Source: Girardia tigrina (Eukaryota). Taken from it: DNA of 50,915 nucleotides. Shown piece after piece: positions 1-12,918 of the stretch (position 1 is the stretch's first letter; every line of letters starts with the position of its first letter). The notes under the pieces are model-generated. The model made no database searches. It saw nothing but the letters and a program-made list of their open reading frames with translations, and was not told where the DNA came from. A program made the position numbers and the translations under genes. The DNA lies in contig MQRK01234283.1 of assembly GCA_001938485.1 (NCBI GenBank), positions 1 to 50,915 on the forward strand. Direction: 5' to 3'.

Positions 1-160
1 GTTGCTAAGGTGATCGCGACCGTTGCCATGGTAACCGCGACCGTTGCCATGGTAACTGCGCGGTAACTGGTTACCGTTGCCATGCCAACCGCGCGATAAC
101 TAGTTATCGACCCCCCCCGGGGGGGGGGTATGTGGGGAGAACATACATTTTTCCCCTACT
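1..160 (-). repeat. Terminus of a repeat element: 21-bp tandem array (CGCGACCGTTGCCATGGTAAC), C/G runs, ending ...CCCTACT
   Basis: Tandem units visible at ~15-90; the same motif set occurs inverted at 50771-50915. Read on the minus strand it starts AGTAGGG, reminiscent of AGT-starting Polinton/Maverick ends (inference). Confidence 0.6.
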
Positions 161-844
161 TCTATGAGATAAATGACTAAACCAAATAAAGATAAATTTC
201 CTGAGATAGAATTGTGAGATGGAAATCATTACCATAATGATTATGAGAGAAACCTAATGTAATACAAGGAATCGCTAAAGAACGAGCAACGGTCATCTTT
301 AGGACTACTGTGTGAATGTGAAAACGAGGCGGAGAAAAGTTTATTTAGAAATCGTAGAAAGCGTACAAGAACTCAAGACGAGTATTAAAGCGAGAGTCAG
401 GATTGTGAGAGTTGTAATAATAAATTGCCAGAAAGTCACAGGCGTGAATTATTAGAGTTTTACTGACGGGTCATTGGACAATCGGCACTTCGCAATGATA
501 TAATGATCACTTAGTCACTTCATCACTTGGATATTTATCACTTAAAACTTTATCGGTGATTATAATAAATATCAAACCAGAAAGGTGATTTAGTGAATAG
601 CCTTCTGGTGTTGATTCGAAGATATTATTGATTTTTTTTCCGCGAAAGGTACAATAGATATTTTAAATATTATTTAAGTATATACACATTATATAAGCAT
701 ATCGATTATTGTTTATTGGTAATATTATGTAATTACACCGTGCCTCCACATAAATTCAGAACCAGAGAACAAAGTTTTACTGAAGGATCGTTGGACAATC
801 GGCACTTCGCAATGATATTGTCTGAAAGATCTCCATTTTGGTAC

Positions 845-1100
845 TAAACCATGTCAATGGGTTTTACAATGTGTTTACGGCGTACACCATCATATTCTTC
901 CGCAATGGAAAATGTCGAATAATGTGATGCAAATTAACCTATTGATCCATCCACTTTATCTTAAAATATCATCAATGTTACTATACAATCCATTAAAGCG
1001 ACGTGTGATTACGGTGAGCCTATTAATATCAATGCTTTGAAAAAGACAACTGCGAATCATTATGAATCTGAAATGTTTCCTAAATTGAGGTTAACTTATC
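845..1100 (+). pseudogene. Degenerate TATA-binding-protein (TBP)-fold gene fragment
   Basis: Manual translation across frameshifts and stops gives AYTIIFFRNGKCRIM*C and VTIQSIKATCDYGEPININALKKTTANHYESEMFPKLRL, aligning to TBP motifs ALIFxSGKxVxTG and IQNIVGSCD..PI.L....YEPELFPGL. Confidence 0.65.
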
Positions 1101-2559
1101 GAACCACTAAACCTGCCTCAATAGTTCATAATAAACGTTTCTTAATAAAAGCTACTATTTCAGTACTGACTATGAGAGTCAAAAGAGTTGCCAAAGAATT
1201 GAATAGACAATAATAATTTAATTGATCACGCGTAGGTTAATAGGGTGTTCGGATACTTCATCATTTGACACTTTATCACGTGACTCTTTATCACTTACAT
1301 GGGATCACTTAGTCAATTCATCACTTGGATATTTTATCACTTAAAACTTTATCCCTTGAAACTTTATCACTTGAAACTTTATCACTTGATACTGTAACTT
1401 ATTTTTAAACACTTCCTTGGACATTTTATCACTATCTTGGACACTATCTTTTAACACTTTATCACTTATAATATTTATTTAATATTTTTTAATTTAGAAT
1501 AAGTTTTATGTTTAATAATAATAAAGTAATAATTAAATTATAAAAATAAAGTTTTTTTAGTTCTTACATGATTTTTTGAAATTTGAAACGTATCTTCATG
1601 TTTACTATTTGTTGACTGCATTTTTGCTCGATTTTTACAAGAATTTCTTAGAAATGCATCTACCATGTTAAAAGAAAATTGAGTGTATATATAATAGTGT
1701 TGAAAAGTTATGTATGATAAAACTATCACGTATGGAAAAACAACCAAAGAAATATCTTCAGTAATCTCTGTGATATAAAACGGAAGCCATGCCTCCACAT
1801 TAATTCAGAACCAGAGAACAGAGTTTTACTGACAGGTCGTTGGACAATGGAACTTCGCAAAGCTAAGTTGAAAAATTCGTTTTTATACAAAATTAAATAA
1901 AAATTGCTGATAAATAATTCAATTTGATCGTGATTTAATAAAATTTGAATTAGATTATTTCAGAAATTTTTATTCATACGACAAAACAAAATCAATTTCC
2001 AGTTTTTTTTCAAAAATTTTCACCCGATGATCAAGACCGTTCATTCACAACTCGAAACAAAAAAAATTGTTATTGTGACGTATGATCAAGTGAATTTCTT
2101 TACACACTCAAATACACATTCACATCCAATTACAATTTACCTTTTAAACAGAACACCTTACCTTTTAAACCGTCTTCACACACACACTTATTTTACATAA
2201 AGAAACACATGCAAGCACACAGATCACCAATGAAACATTCACATTCAAGTGACTTATATTCACCATTTCAATTCACACCGCGTTTAAAAAAGAACATTGA
2301 AATAATTTTCGTAAATAAATCGATGTCATTTAATTAAATATTATTTTTCTTTTTTGTTTTTTAGTTTAATTATTTAATTTAAAGATTTATTTCTTTAATT
2401 ATTTAAATTATTTATTTAAAAAGGTCGAAATATTCGGTTCAACCGATAAATTTCCGCTCCAGAATATATGAATTTTTGAAGCACACAGAATATAGAAACG
2501 GTCATATTCTGTGAAAGTTCAAACTATATAAATCATTGAAGTGTCCAGCCACTATTACT

Positions 2560-3050
2560 ACATTAGACATTAATCTAATAAATGATGTCATAACCATGGG
2601 GAAAACAAAAAAATATTTTGACCAAAAATAATGTTAAAGAAATGAAGAACACAATATTGAATCTTTCAGCAACTTCCACTGATGTTATAGGTTTCGTAAG
2701 TAAAGAAGTAGATGCAAGTGCTTTATTGGCATTGCCTAAAATGAATTCACTAAAAAACTTTAACAAGAAAAAACAGGCAATTAATCCAGAAATAGAATCT
2801 ACATTATCGCCTCCATTAATACATTTTTTGAAATTCATGATGGGTTAAAACATTGTTCTTTATGATTCAGGACCTGGAGAAGATCGCGTGATAATTATGG
2901 GATCGTTGGAATTATTAAATGGATTGGAGAGAGCAAAATTGTGGCTAGCAGACAGTACTTTTAAAGTCGTTCCTATATTTTTTTCAGTTATACAGTATTC
3001 ATTTCGAACTTGCATCGAGAATTAATCCAGCTGGAATTTATTATCTTCAT
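2560..3050 (+). pseudogene. Mutator/MULE transposase fragment
   Basis: Translation of ~2855-3050 (across a frameshift): VLYDSGPGEDRVIIMGSLELLNGLERAKLWLADSTFKVVP..FQLYSIH, matching the MULE WxxDGTFKxxP..FxQLYTIH motif. Truncated by the mariner insertion. Confidence 0.8.
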
Positions 3051-3091
3051 AATGAAAAAAATTAAAATAACGTACGATAAAATTTTTAATT

Positions 3092-4357
3092 TGTACAACT
3101 AATTAATTTCGTATTTTTTGTTAAAAAAAACCATTTATTTAAGTATAAAAGTGAAAAAATATTTTATTCAAAATATTGTCCATCGGAAGCGGCAACTTTT
3201 TCCCATCTGTCAGGCAATTTATGGATTTCTCATCTTTTGCACCGAGAAAGTCATCAAGCCATTTTTTTAATATCTTCAACGAAAGGTTCTGCATCGACCG
3301 AATTCTGCATCGACCGAAACAAGTGGTAATCAGAAGGAATTTTCCATCTGGCATTTTCCAAATAATTTTTGACCGGTACTGCAACATGTGGCCGAGCATT
3401 GTCATGATGGAAAATCCATTTCTCGTGTCTGGTCGCCCATTCTGGCCGTTTTTCGGCTATTGCTTGCTTCAAACGTATCAATTGTTGCCTGTATAGCTCT
3501 CCCGTGATCGTCTGGCCCGATTTTAACAGCTCATAGNNNNNNNNNNNNNNNNNNNNNNNNNNNNNNNNNNNNNNNNNNNNNNNNNNNNNNNNNNNNNNNN
3601 NNNNNNNNNNNNNNNNNNNNNNNNNNNNNNNNNNNNNNNNNNNNNNNNNNNNNNNNNNNNNNNNNNNNNNNNNNNNNNNNNNNNNNNNNNNNNNNNNNNN
3701 NNNNNNNNNNNNNNNNNNNNNNNNNNNNNNNNNNNNNNNNNNNNNGTAAAAACGGTTTCTTTTTGTGGCGATTAAGCAGCATTTCAGACATGCAAAATCA
3801 TCTCTCAACGTCTCTCGGTTTCAATTCGTGTGGCACCCAATTTCCTTGTTTCTGAATGTATCCGGCTGCTTTTAAACGTTTAGAAATGGCTTGTTGAGTG
3901 ACTTCCAATGTTTTTCCAAGTTCTTCTTGAGTTTGACATGGATCTTGATCGAGTAATGCCTCCAATTCTTTGTCTTCAAACTTTTTTGATGGACCTGATC
4001 GCTCTTTGTCTTCTGTGTCAAAATCGCCATTTTTAAATCGTGCAAACCAATGCTGTCATACTCTAACCTCTGGAGCATATTCAGGATAAGCTTCTGAGAG
4101 TAAACGATGTGCTTCTGTTGCACTTTTCCTTAAATTAAAGAACAAAAGCAAACCTCCCCGCAAATGCTGTTTTGTTGGAACGTAATTTGACATTTTGACT
4201 GTAATAAAAAAAATTTGTGTGTTTACTAAAATTCAATAAAATTGACTATTGACTAGATAAATAGATATGATGTTAGTAACAAATTCAAAATGAGGTAACA
4301 AATACGAATATAATGTTATTTCGTAACAAATACGAAATTAATTAGTTGTACACCTAA
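3092..4357 (-). mobile_element. Mos1-like (mauritiana subfamily) mariner, disrupted, with an internal N-gap
   Basis: TIRs TGTACAACTAATTAATTTCGTATT (3092) and its reverse complement (~4329-4357). Transposase from ATG at 4193: MSNYVPTKQHLR..WFARFKNGDFD..WVPHEL..FHHDNARPH..PSDYHLFRSMQN. Confidence 0.92.
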
Positions 4358-4483
4358 TAAAAAACAAAATAATCAATACAACAAAAATAAATTTACTACA
4401 ATTCACGCGTTTCACAATCCACAAGCAAAACAATAATAAAAGCTAATATTCAAACAAAATTATTTTTTTTAAATTAGTTTACA

Positions 4484-5184
4484 CTAGAAAAAGACCTGTC
4501 ATATATGACGGAAGAGCTAAATTTTCTTCTTTGAAAGTCTCTGTTTAAATTCGAAAATCATATTTATAATTTATTGTTTCAAATGTTGATTTAACGTTTG
4601 GTAGGTTTTGTCGGCTTCCTCCATTCGGTTCCTCCAACACTTTGCATTTATATCACCTCAAAACTCTTTCTCAAACAACAAATTCTAAATCAATGAAAGT
4701 GACTTCAATCCGGGAAATTTATTTCTCAAATTATAACTATAGCAGTGATCATAGCCACGTATTGATAATATTAACCATAGCAGTGTAATAATAATTATAA
4801 CACAGGTCAATCCAAAAATAAAAATAATATTACGCTACAAACACAGTCCACAGGCAAAATGAATCATTATCACACCGAACAAATAAAGTTTTTCTTTATC
4901 GAAGAGATTTCGAAATAAATCAAAATAATTTACAAATGAAAAATCAATTTCAATTTCACAGAAATCAAAATTACACGAAACATTTCTGATATTGAAATAC
5001 AAAGATTTTCAATAACAAATCGCCCGAATAGATTGCAAGATCAAATCGTTAATTGCGTAATCGAACTGTTTGTATCGGTGTGCATGTATTGAGTTCATGT
5101 GTCTGTATGTGTATATGTATATGTGTGTGAGTGGTATGTGTGTGTTTTCAGCGTTACGCAGATGAAACATTGGGCTTTTATAGA
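4484..5184 (-). mobile_element. Non-autonomous Helitron
   Basis: Minus strand reads A|TCTATAAAAGCCC...GTCATATATGAC hairpin...CTAG|T: canonical 5'-TC, subterminal hairpin, 3'-CTAG and an A/T insertion site. Contains a TG/CA-rich microsatellite. Confidence 0.75.
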
Positions 5185-8100
5185 TATTAGTTTACATAAA
5201 AATTAAATCCTATTTATTTTTTAATAATATTTTGAGGAACTATATTTTTAAGTTTTATTTTCTTTGCTAAATCGGTGTTTTCCTTTTTTAATTTTTCTCT
5301 TCTTTTTTTAATTTTGATTAATAAATTACTTTACGTATACTTTATTTGTATTTATTTTCTAATTTAGTATTTTTCTTTTGGTAACTAATTGTCACGACCC
5401 TCTCGAGCATAAACATTTTTGAAAGCTCCTGACCCCCAAGTGACTATTAATGGTCAGCCACAACCCAACGTCGATTTTGGCATTCACTTGTATTTATTTA
5501 CATACTGGGTCGGACGTCTCTTCTCACTCGACATCTGCCTAGCAGTGCGGAGTTTGAAGGACCTTCGGGTTCTGATAGAGACGGGATTGGCTATGGGCAC
5601 CCCACCTAGCTGAGCGTCGCTTGGGGATGTTTTAAAATTGCAATTATTTGTTAAACTGAACTTGTATTAATATGAAACTTATGACAAAGTGTTATGTCTA
5701 AAAGTGTTTCTTGTGGGACTCATCTGTACTATCATATATGGTTAAGTAGTTTCTACTTGATGGTTTCGTATTATCACTTCATCTATAAGTATTTATCTAG
5801 ATTTATGCCGTTGGCTCCTACTTGTTATAGACCTATCTTATTCCGCACCATTTCCTATGAACTCCTAATCTGAACAGTAAAATTCGAATAATTAAAATAA
5901 CTCGATCGCATTCTCAATAACTGGCATAATAGATAGAATTCAATTAAACATTTACAAAACCCATATTATAGTTCTATTTTAGTGTTGGTACTGGAAGAAA
6001 AGAAGAATTTTTATCAGCAGTCCGATTCTACCGCCTTAATTCCTAATAGAATTCTCAATAAAATTCTAACAGAATTTCCAATAAAGTTTCCAATAAATTT
6101 TCGATAAAATTCCTAACTAATAAACAACACAATTTAACTAATAGCATTTTCAGTGAAATCCTTAACTAATGAATAACAAAATTTAACTAATAAAAAAAAT
6201 AATTTCCTTTAGGATAGTAACGCTATGTTTATAAAACCTGAACTAGAATAAAACCACACTTATAAAATTAAAATTATCGAAATCATTATTGAGATAAAAC
6301 TCGTCACAAAAATAGTACAATTCAAGGGATGAATCGAATTCAGTTTAATAAATTTAAACGGCTCTCGGTTACTTAGGTCAACTTTACCGGATGAACTTTA
6401 GATGCTTAAATAAAACCAGAGTAAATTCTTTAAAAGTTTGGTCTAAATTCATTTCGCATTCTATAGTAATCATTGTTAATTAATGTTCATCGAATCATAC
6501 TCAAAAATTTAACTCATCCTAAATTTTCTTAAAAAATCCTTAATGAAATAAATGATTAATAATTAAGCGAAACCATATAAAATAAAATGATTTGTTAACG
6601 ATTTAGGAATATTTTTGTAGAAATAGATATTCGAGGTAGTCGGTGAATATCTATTTCTACTAACAAATAAAAAGGGATAACGAATCTTTATCGTTTAACT
6701 ATTAAAAAAAACAAGCAGTAAACAAAATAAAATAAAAATAACCTCACTTAATAAAAAATTTATTAACGTCATTAAATACATTCAGAAAGTCCATCAACGA
6801 TAATTAAGTAATTATTATTTCTGTATTATTTGTTTTGATTTGACGTTTGACAACCACATAATCAGATAATCAAAATGGTCTTTCTTTATTCTGATTTTTA
6901 TTAAAATATAACCGAAAACAGATTACATGACACAAGCGAGCACCACCACACACACATGACCAAATACAACGCCACCGAAAATATACAGAACAAACAGAAA
7001 CAAAATTCAGAAAGGAAACTGGTGAGAGAAGTTCGCACTACAATTTTCTTAAATAAAATTCTCAATAAAATATAAAACTAGTAATTAAGTAAAACCAGAT
7101 ATAATAAAATGATTTATTAGCGATTTAAGAATAGAAATCGTAAATAAAATTAAAAATCGGAATAGTCGTTGTATTATCGCACTAATCAATATCCCAAGGC
7201 TGCGATACAAAATCGAAAAATCTTTAGAGGGGACTCTTATTCTTCAATTTCACACGGTTCTGCCCCTAAACGGCCCGGTATGGACGCACTCGAGGTACGA
7301 TTTCGTCCAGCCAGGACTCGGCACGACTGCCGCTGAAGAAAACCTGCATAGATATCAACCTCACGTCGATATTATCGACGTCACGCGGCTGACCTCCGTC
7401 ATTCTCTGATGGCGCGCTCAACGGGGATACAGTTCGCTGCATTGCAAAAGGGGACGGCGGCGACGATGGCTCAGTAACTACTTAGACGGTATAAAAGGTA
7501 AGAAATACTATAAATTCATTAATTAATCAGAGACCGCTTAAAATTAAATTTGAAATAACTCATAAAATTATACATTTATTCGATTAATAAAGGTTTATGT
7601 TTAAAATAATTTCTCGGTCGAATCTGTGATCGGATTTCGGAAGAATGTTTTGGTCGTCCTCGAATAAATCGACTTCGCTCGGGGTTCAACTCTTTTTGTA
7701 AATTAGTTATTGTCGGGGTCTCTCTTAGTGCTCCGCTACAGCGGATGACTCTGGATGTAACTTAATTTTAGGTTCGTTTTTTGATTAATTACTTCTCTTT
7801 CAAGGCTCTGAACTCGTTTCACGTCATCGGCGTATCTTCCGAGTTACCACTGGTCTCAACCTGATATCGAAACTTTGTTATTCTTTCCTTTTTGAATTTA
7901 AATAAATGTATTCTGCCCAACTGATTTTTCTTCTTTTTTGTGTTATCGGTTCTAGTCAATTTTATTAATATTTTCAGTAATAGATTCTCTAATGGATTCT
8001 GGACCGTGACATAATTCCATAATAATACTTCAAAAATTTTCCCCTTACTTTAAATTCCTAACAATAATAATTGTGTTATTTATTTTATTGTTTGTTATTA

Positions 8101-9015
8101 TTATTTCCATTTGACTTCTTACGCTTTTATCTCAATTATTTGGCGAATATTATGAAAATATAATTTTATGTTTTAATATAACACGATGATGATATGTAAA
8201 TATGATGAGTGTGCATATAAACATTTCATAAATATACATATATCTTCAATTTAAATAGTATATATACGGAGTGAGCAAGACTCCCGAACGAATACTGAGT
8301 GATATCACAAATCAACGATCGGAATTGATGGATAAGAAGAAACTCGATGATAAAGAGAAAGTCGAAGAAAAATCCAAATTGAAAACGAATAAAATCGATA
8401 TAAAATCAAAAGTGAAGAAAATATTCGGAAAATCGCTGTTATACAACTGTTTTTAATTCGGATTTTTCATCGGTATTCTCTTTATCATCGGATTTTTTCG
8501 TTTTTAACTCATCTTTATTATCAGATTTTTCTTCCTCTTCATTATTGATTTTCATTTCCTTCTCATTTTCATCGGGGTTCTTATTATCAATTAATTCCGG
8601 TCGTTGATTTCTGATACAATCCTGAATCATAAGTCTCACTGATCCGCTTCTTTTCCACAAAAAAACGGTTTCACATACCGATTCAATCGATTTCGATCGT
8701 TTTTTCGATTTCCTTCAGTTATTTCTTTCTTTTCCATCGATTGCTCACTTTTCGTAGAATCGATTGCGTTTATATTAGACGAGGACGACGATGAAGAGGT
8801 AATTGATTTTCCATTCGTTGTCGACTTTGATTTTGCATTCACTGTAATTTTACTGCAAATGTCAAATAAAAAATAATTATTGTTATTTTTGTCGGTAAAT
8901 ATTTGTTTTTTTAATTCATCGGAAAAAATTGAAAAAAAAAGAATCAAAATTATTAGAAAAAAATCACCTCTGTTGATGATCTGAATGATTATGTTACATG
9001 TTAAATTTATTTCTT

Positions 9016-9120
9016 AAATGAAATATTTACATGAAAAAATATAGATAATTATTTGTTTAAATAATGTCTATTTTAAAAGTATTTTAGTGAAAATTAAATT
9101 TTAATAGATTTGTGATTCGT
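9016..9120 (+). repeat. ~105-bp direct repeat, left copy (other copies at 11058-11163 and 47898-47935 + 49295-49364)
   Basis: AAATGAAATATTT(A)ACATGAAAAAATATAGATAATTATTTG...AGATTTGTGATTCGT is seen three times. Confidence 0.9.
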
Positions 9121-9186
9121 TGTTACAAGCTATTCGCGCAATGATAAGCGATTTAAAAATAATACTCGATCATTTGGAGAAATTTA

Positions 9187-11075
9187 ATGGAAACGGCAGT
9201 TTTGAAATTTAGAAGAAAAAGTTCAAGATGATTATGAAATTCCAGGGAATTTTGGATCCGGCCCCATATCTTCCATTTTTGTTCACGGATGTTCCGTTAT
9301 ATATATACATGGAATTGGATGAAAAGAAACAGAGCAACTGTGAAGAAGTACTGCAAATCTTGGACAATTCATTCGGATTAACCAGATGATCTGCGTACAA
9401 CAAACTGATTAATTTGAAATATTACGAAGGACAAACTATTGACGATTACGTTTCTCAAGTAAAGATGTTGGCATCAAAAATCGACGATCTGACCAAGGCG
9501 GCCTTTATGGCTGGATTGCCGTTCGAGTTGCAATTGAATTTAGAGCAGACCGGTGATCAAGATTTAACCGAAATGGTTGAATATAGTCGTCGGTATTTAG
9601 GAATTTAAAAATGCGTCACACAAAGTTCAATGTCAGCGGTACAAAACGTTGGTGATGGAAAGAACGTTTCTAAAGAACGAGGTGAGGTCAGCGGCGATAG
9701 AAGGAGTTCCTTTACAAAACCCCGTGTGCCACATGACGGAAATCTGGTACAAACAAGGGTAAACCACTATGACAATTCTCAGCGGCAATCTAATGGACAA
9801 ATAATTTGCTTTAAATGTAAGCAACTTGGACATATAGCAAAATATGCAAGTCTGGAAACGGACAGGGAAGTTTGTAGGCGCCGGCTCTTCCCTCTGACAT
9901 TTGAGGCGCAGCCAACCATGACTGTGATTGTTAACAACAAGTCGGTTACAGCGTTAATAGATTCGGGTTGCTCAAAAACTGTTGTTTTGAAAGGGTTGAT
10001 CAAGGGAAACTCGTTACAGTCAAATGAGCAAAGAATTGTTTTGGCTAATGGCGATGATATGTGTGGGGATAAGAGATGTAGAATTGACTATATACAATAG
10101 AACTATGAAAGTAGAATGTTCTGTCATGAAATACTTACCCTATGATTTGAGAATTTTAATTGGTATGGATGTTATAAGTAAACTTGGGGATGTGAAAATT
10201 AATTAGGGTGTTATCGAATTTGGTGTGTGTGTAGGAGAAGGACAAAAGAAGGCTGGTGACAATATGAGTTGTGTCACGGGTGTTGTGCCAAGAGTTAGCC
10301 TGAACAAACACAATTATGAGATTGAATTTAAGGATAATTGGACGGTTAAATGGAAGTGGAAGGATGAAGCGCCGATTTATCTACCAATTCGACTTTCGAC
10401 CTTTAAGGATGACAAATCGAAAGACATAGCTACAATGAAAATCCTTGAGGAGTGGATGAAGAAGGGTTATTTAATCGATTATGACGAGAAGGAAATGGGT
10501 AAATCGATAGAATCTATACCCATATTTGGAATATTGCAAGTTAACAAATCCAAGATAAGACCGATCTTTAATTTTAGGAAATTGAACAATTATCTAGACG
10601 TGTACAGTGGCTCAGCAGATATATGTTTGGAAAAACTTCGTACCTGGCGGCGAAAAGGATCAAGATTTTCCATGCTTGATTTATCAGATATATGTATATG
10701 CGTATATGCAGATTTGCGTTCACAAGGAAATGTGGCGTTATCAATCATGTATCATTAATGGAAAAAAGTACGCTCTAACCAGGATGGGCTTTGGTTTAAA
10801 TATCGCTCCGACCATTATGACTGAAATTGTCAAGTGGATTTTAAATTCTGATTCTAGAGCACGTGAAAACACCGATTCGTACATCGATGACATTTACGTT
10901 GACGAATCTACAATCACAGTTGACGAAATTAGAATGCTGTTCGAGAAATTTAGTCTTAAATGCAAAAAACCGGAAAATCTCTCAATGGATAAAGAGGTGC
11001 GAGTGTTGGGAGTAAAAGTCTTTAAAGATAAGAATTCGGTGAGATGGATGAGAGATGAAATGAAATATTTAACAT
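9187..11075 (+). mobile_element. Ty3/Gypsy-like LTR retrotransposon gag-protease-RT remnant, frameshifted and 3'-truncated
   Basis: Zinc knuckle CFKCKQLGHIAKY, aspartic protease ALIDSGC, RT motifs RPIFNFRKLN, RMGFGLNIAP and YIDDI. Confidence 0.92.
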
Positions 11076-11163
11076 GAAAAAATATAGATAATTATTTGTT
11101 TAAATAATGTCTATTTTAAAAGTATTTTAGTGAAAAATAAATTTTAATAGATTTGTGATTCGT
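11058..11163 (+). repeat. ~105-bp direct repeat, right copy, flanking the Gypsy remnant
   Basis: Near-identical to 9016-9120. Confidence 0.9.
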
Positions 11164-11205
11164 TCTTGAATAAAGAATATATATATGTAATTATATATAT
11201 ATATG

Positions 11206-11259
<54 letters not shown>

Positions 11260-11826
11260 GTAAATGGAATGAAAACTAATCATCGAAATCAGATGAACAA
11301 TTTAAAACAATTAATTAAAATTCGTTTTCAAACCGGTAATGCAATCCCTACTTCTAATTGATTGAAAGTTTAAACAGAATTTTCTTCATATAATATGATC
11401 ACAAAATTTTCAATATTTATAAAATGCTTGTTTCATATTTCCTTTCTCAAAATAAACTTTAACTATGAATGAAGTAATTTTTGTCACTTTTTAGTTATAC
11501 GTAAAATCCAAAATTGATTTCAAAACAAATACAATACATTGAACTATGTTAAGTTTTAAAAATAAGTATTTTTAATTATTTTGTTTTAGCTTGGATATTT
11601 AAAACTTAATTTTCGAGACCCCAAAACTAGTTTTAATACAAAAAGTAGTTTTCCAATCTAACTTAAGAGATTAAATTTTTTTATGCGTTGTATTAATTGC
11701 ATTTCATCGTTAAGTATGTAAAAATTATAAATATTAATATTCTTTTTATAAGACTTGTTATTTATTTATTACTGATGCGGTATGAAAGTCAAATTATTGA
11801 TATCCGTATGCAATGTATTAAAATTT

Positions 11827-12010
11827 AGGGCTGCGGAGTTTGAGTCGTAGTTAAAGGATTTTTAGGGAAGTCGGAGTCCTGTATCTCGACTCCGACCATG
11901 ATGATAGCAAATATTTTACATTGACCTAATAAGGAGTCGGAGTCGGAGTTGAAGGTTGAGTCAAAGTTAGAGTCGGAGTCGGGCAATTTTAGTCCGACAA
12001 CGCAGCCATG
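11827..12010. mobile_element. Small MITE with GGAGTC subterminal repeats (hAT-like)
   Basis: Ends AGGGCTGCGG...CGCAGCCATG form short imperfect TIRs around multiple GGAGTC/GACTCC units. Confidence 0.55.
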
Positions 12011-12486
12011 ATTAAAATAGGACGTAATAATGTCTTGTTGGTTCTTAAAAATAGAATATGTAGCAGCAGTTTTAAGATCATTTTGAATTTATTAGGTATG
12101 ATAAGTAACAAAACTACTGAATTATGTTTTAATCAGGGTAGCTACTTAATTTTATATTGTATTTTTAAAAATGAACAATTTCTTATAATTATTTTAATTC
12201 ACAGTAAACAAAATATTTGATGCTGGTTAATCCTTGATAATGACAGTTGATAATATATTAATATCAAAAATAAAGTTTACAAAATTATGACTTCCAATTT
12301 TAAGCACGAACCTACGTTAATCACGTGCAAACGTCAATCGTCGTTAACACAGCCTCCAGCCATACAGAACGTGTCAGCAGTTGAGAATTTCCAAGGATTG
12401 TCGACAATCGCTGATTCACAACGCCAGGAAAAAAATTTTGTCATGGTTCCAGAGACTCCGGTAAAGATAAAAAAATCTTATCCTCA

Positions 12487-12918
12487 ATGTTGAAGAAATC
12501 GTCCTCGACCCCCTTCAAGCAATCGATGGACTCGCAGACCGATCGGCGATCCGTCACTTTCAAGAAGCATGTCCAGATCGAGATCCTGAACAGCTTGTTC
12601 ACCAGCGGCACCGAAGACTCCATTGTCCCACAATCGACCGACGCCGCCACCGAGGACTACATCGTCCCACAATCGACTGAAGCCGGCAACGAGGAATCCA
12701 TTGTCCCACAATCGACTGTCGCCGCCACCAAGAACTCCATTATCCCACAATCGACCGATGCCGGCACCGAGGAAGAGCTGGATCAAGTCGCTGAGATTCT
12801 CCACCGCACCCAAATACGGATCGCCAAGCTCGAGATCTCCGAGGAGCTCGAAGCCTATAAATTATGGATCTCGAGGAGCTCGAGGCCTATAAAAAACGAA
12901 TCACCGAGCACCGCCTGA
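12487..12918 (+). CDS. GC-rich ORF of unknown function with 4 x 13-aa repeats (39-bp unit)
   Basis: ATG-initiated 143-aa ORF with repeat xxTEDSIVPQSTx; composition differs sharply from the flanks. Confidence 0.35.
   Translation: MLKKSSSTPFKQSMDSQTDRRSVTFKKHVQIEILNSLFTSGTEDSIVPQSTDAATEDYIVPQSTEAGNEESIVPQSTVAATKNSIIPQSTDAGTEEELDQVAEILHRTQIRIAKLEISEELEAYKLWISRSSRPIKNESPSTA

Noticed and set aside
1-110. Terminal repeats as telomeres
   Set aside because: Degenerate palindromic 21-mers unlike telomerase repeats; the interior is ordinary TE-rich DNA, so an assembly break at a repeat is more parsimonious.
3537-3745. ORFs spanning the N run (also 48161-48850)
   Set aside because: Artefacts of scaffold gaps inside transposons.
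5390-8011. Possible LTR ends (TGTCACG at 5390; reverse at ~8005 and ~39042) and a PBS-like TGGCGC at ~7410
   Set aside because: No paired LTRs or coding domains could be confirmed by eye.
12604-12770. Regularly spaced repeats as a CRISPR array
   Set aside because: Head-to-tail 39-bp tandem units without unique spacers; eukaryotic context and no cas genes.
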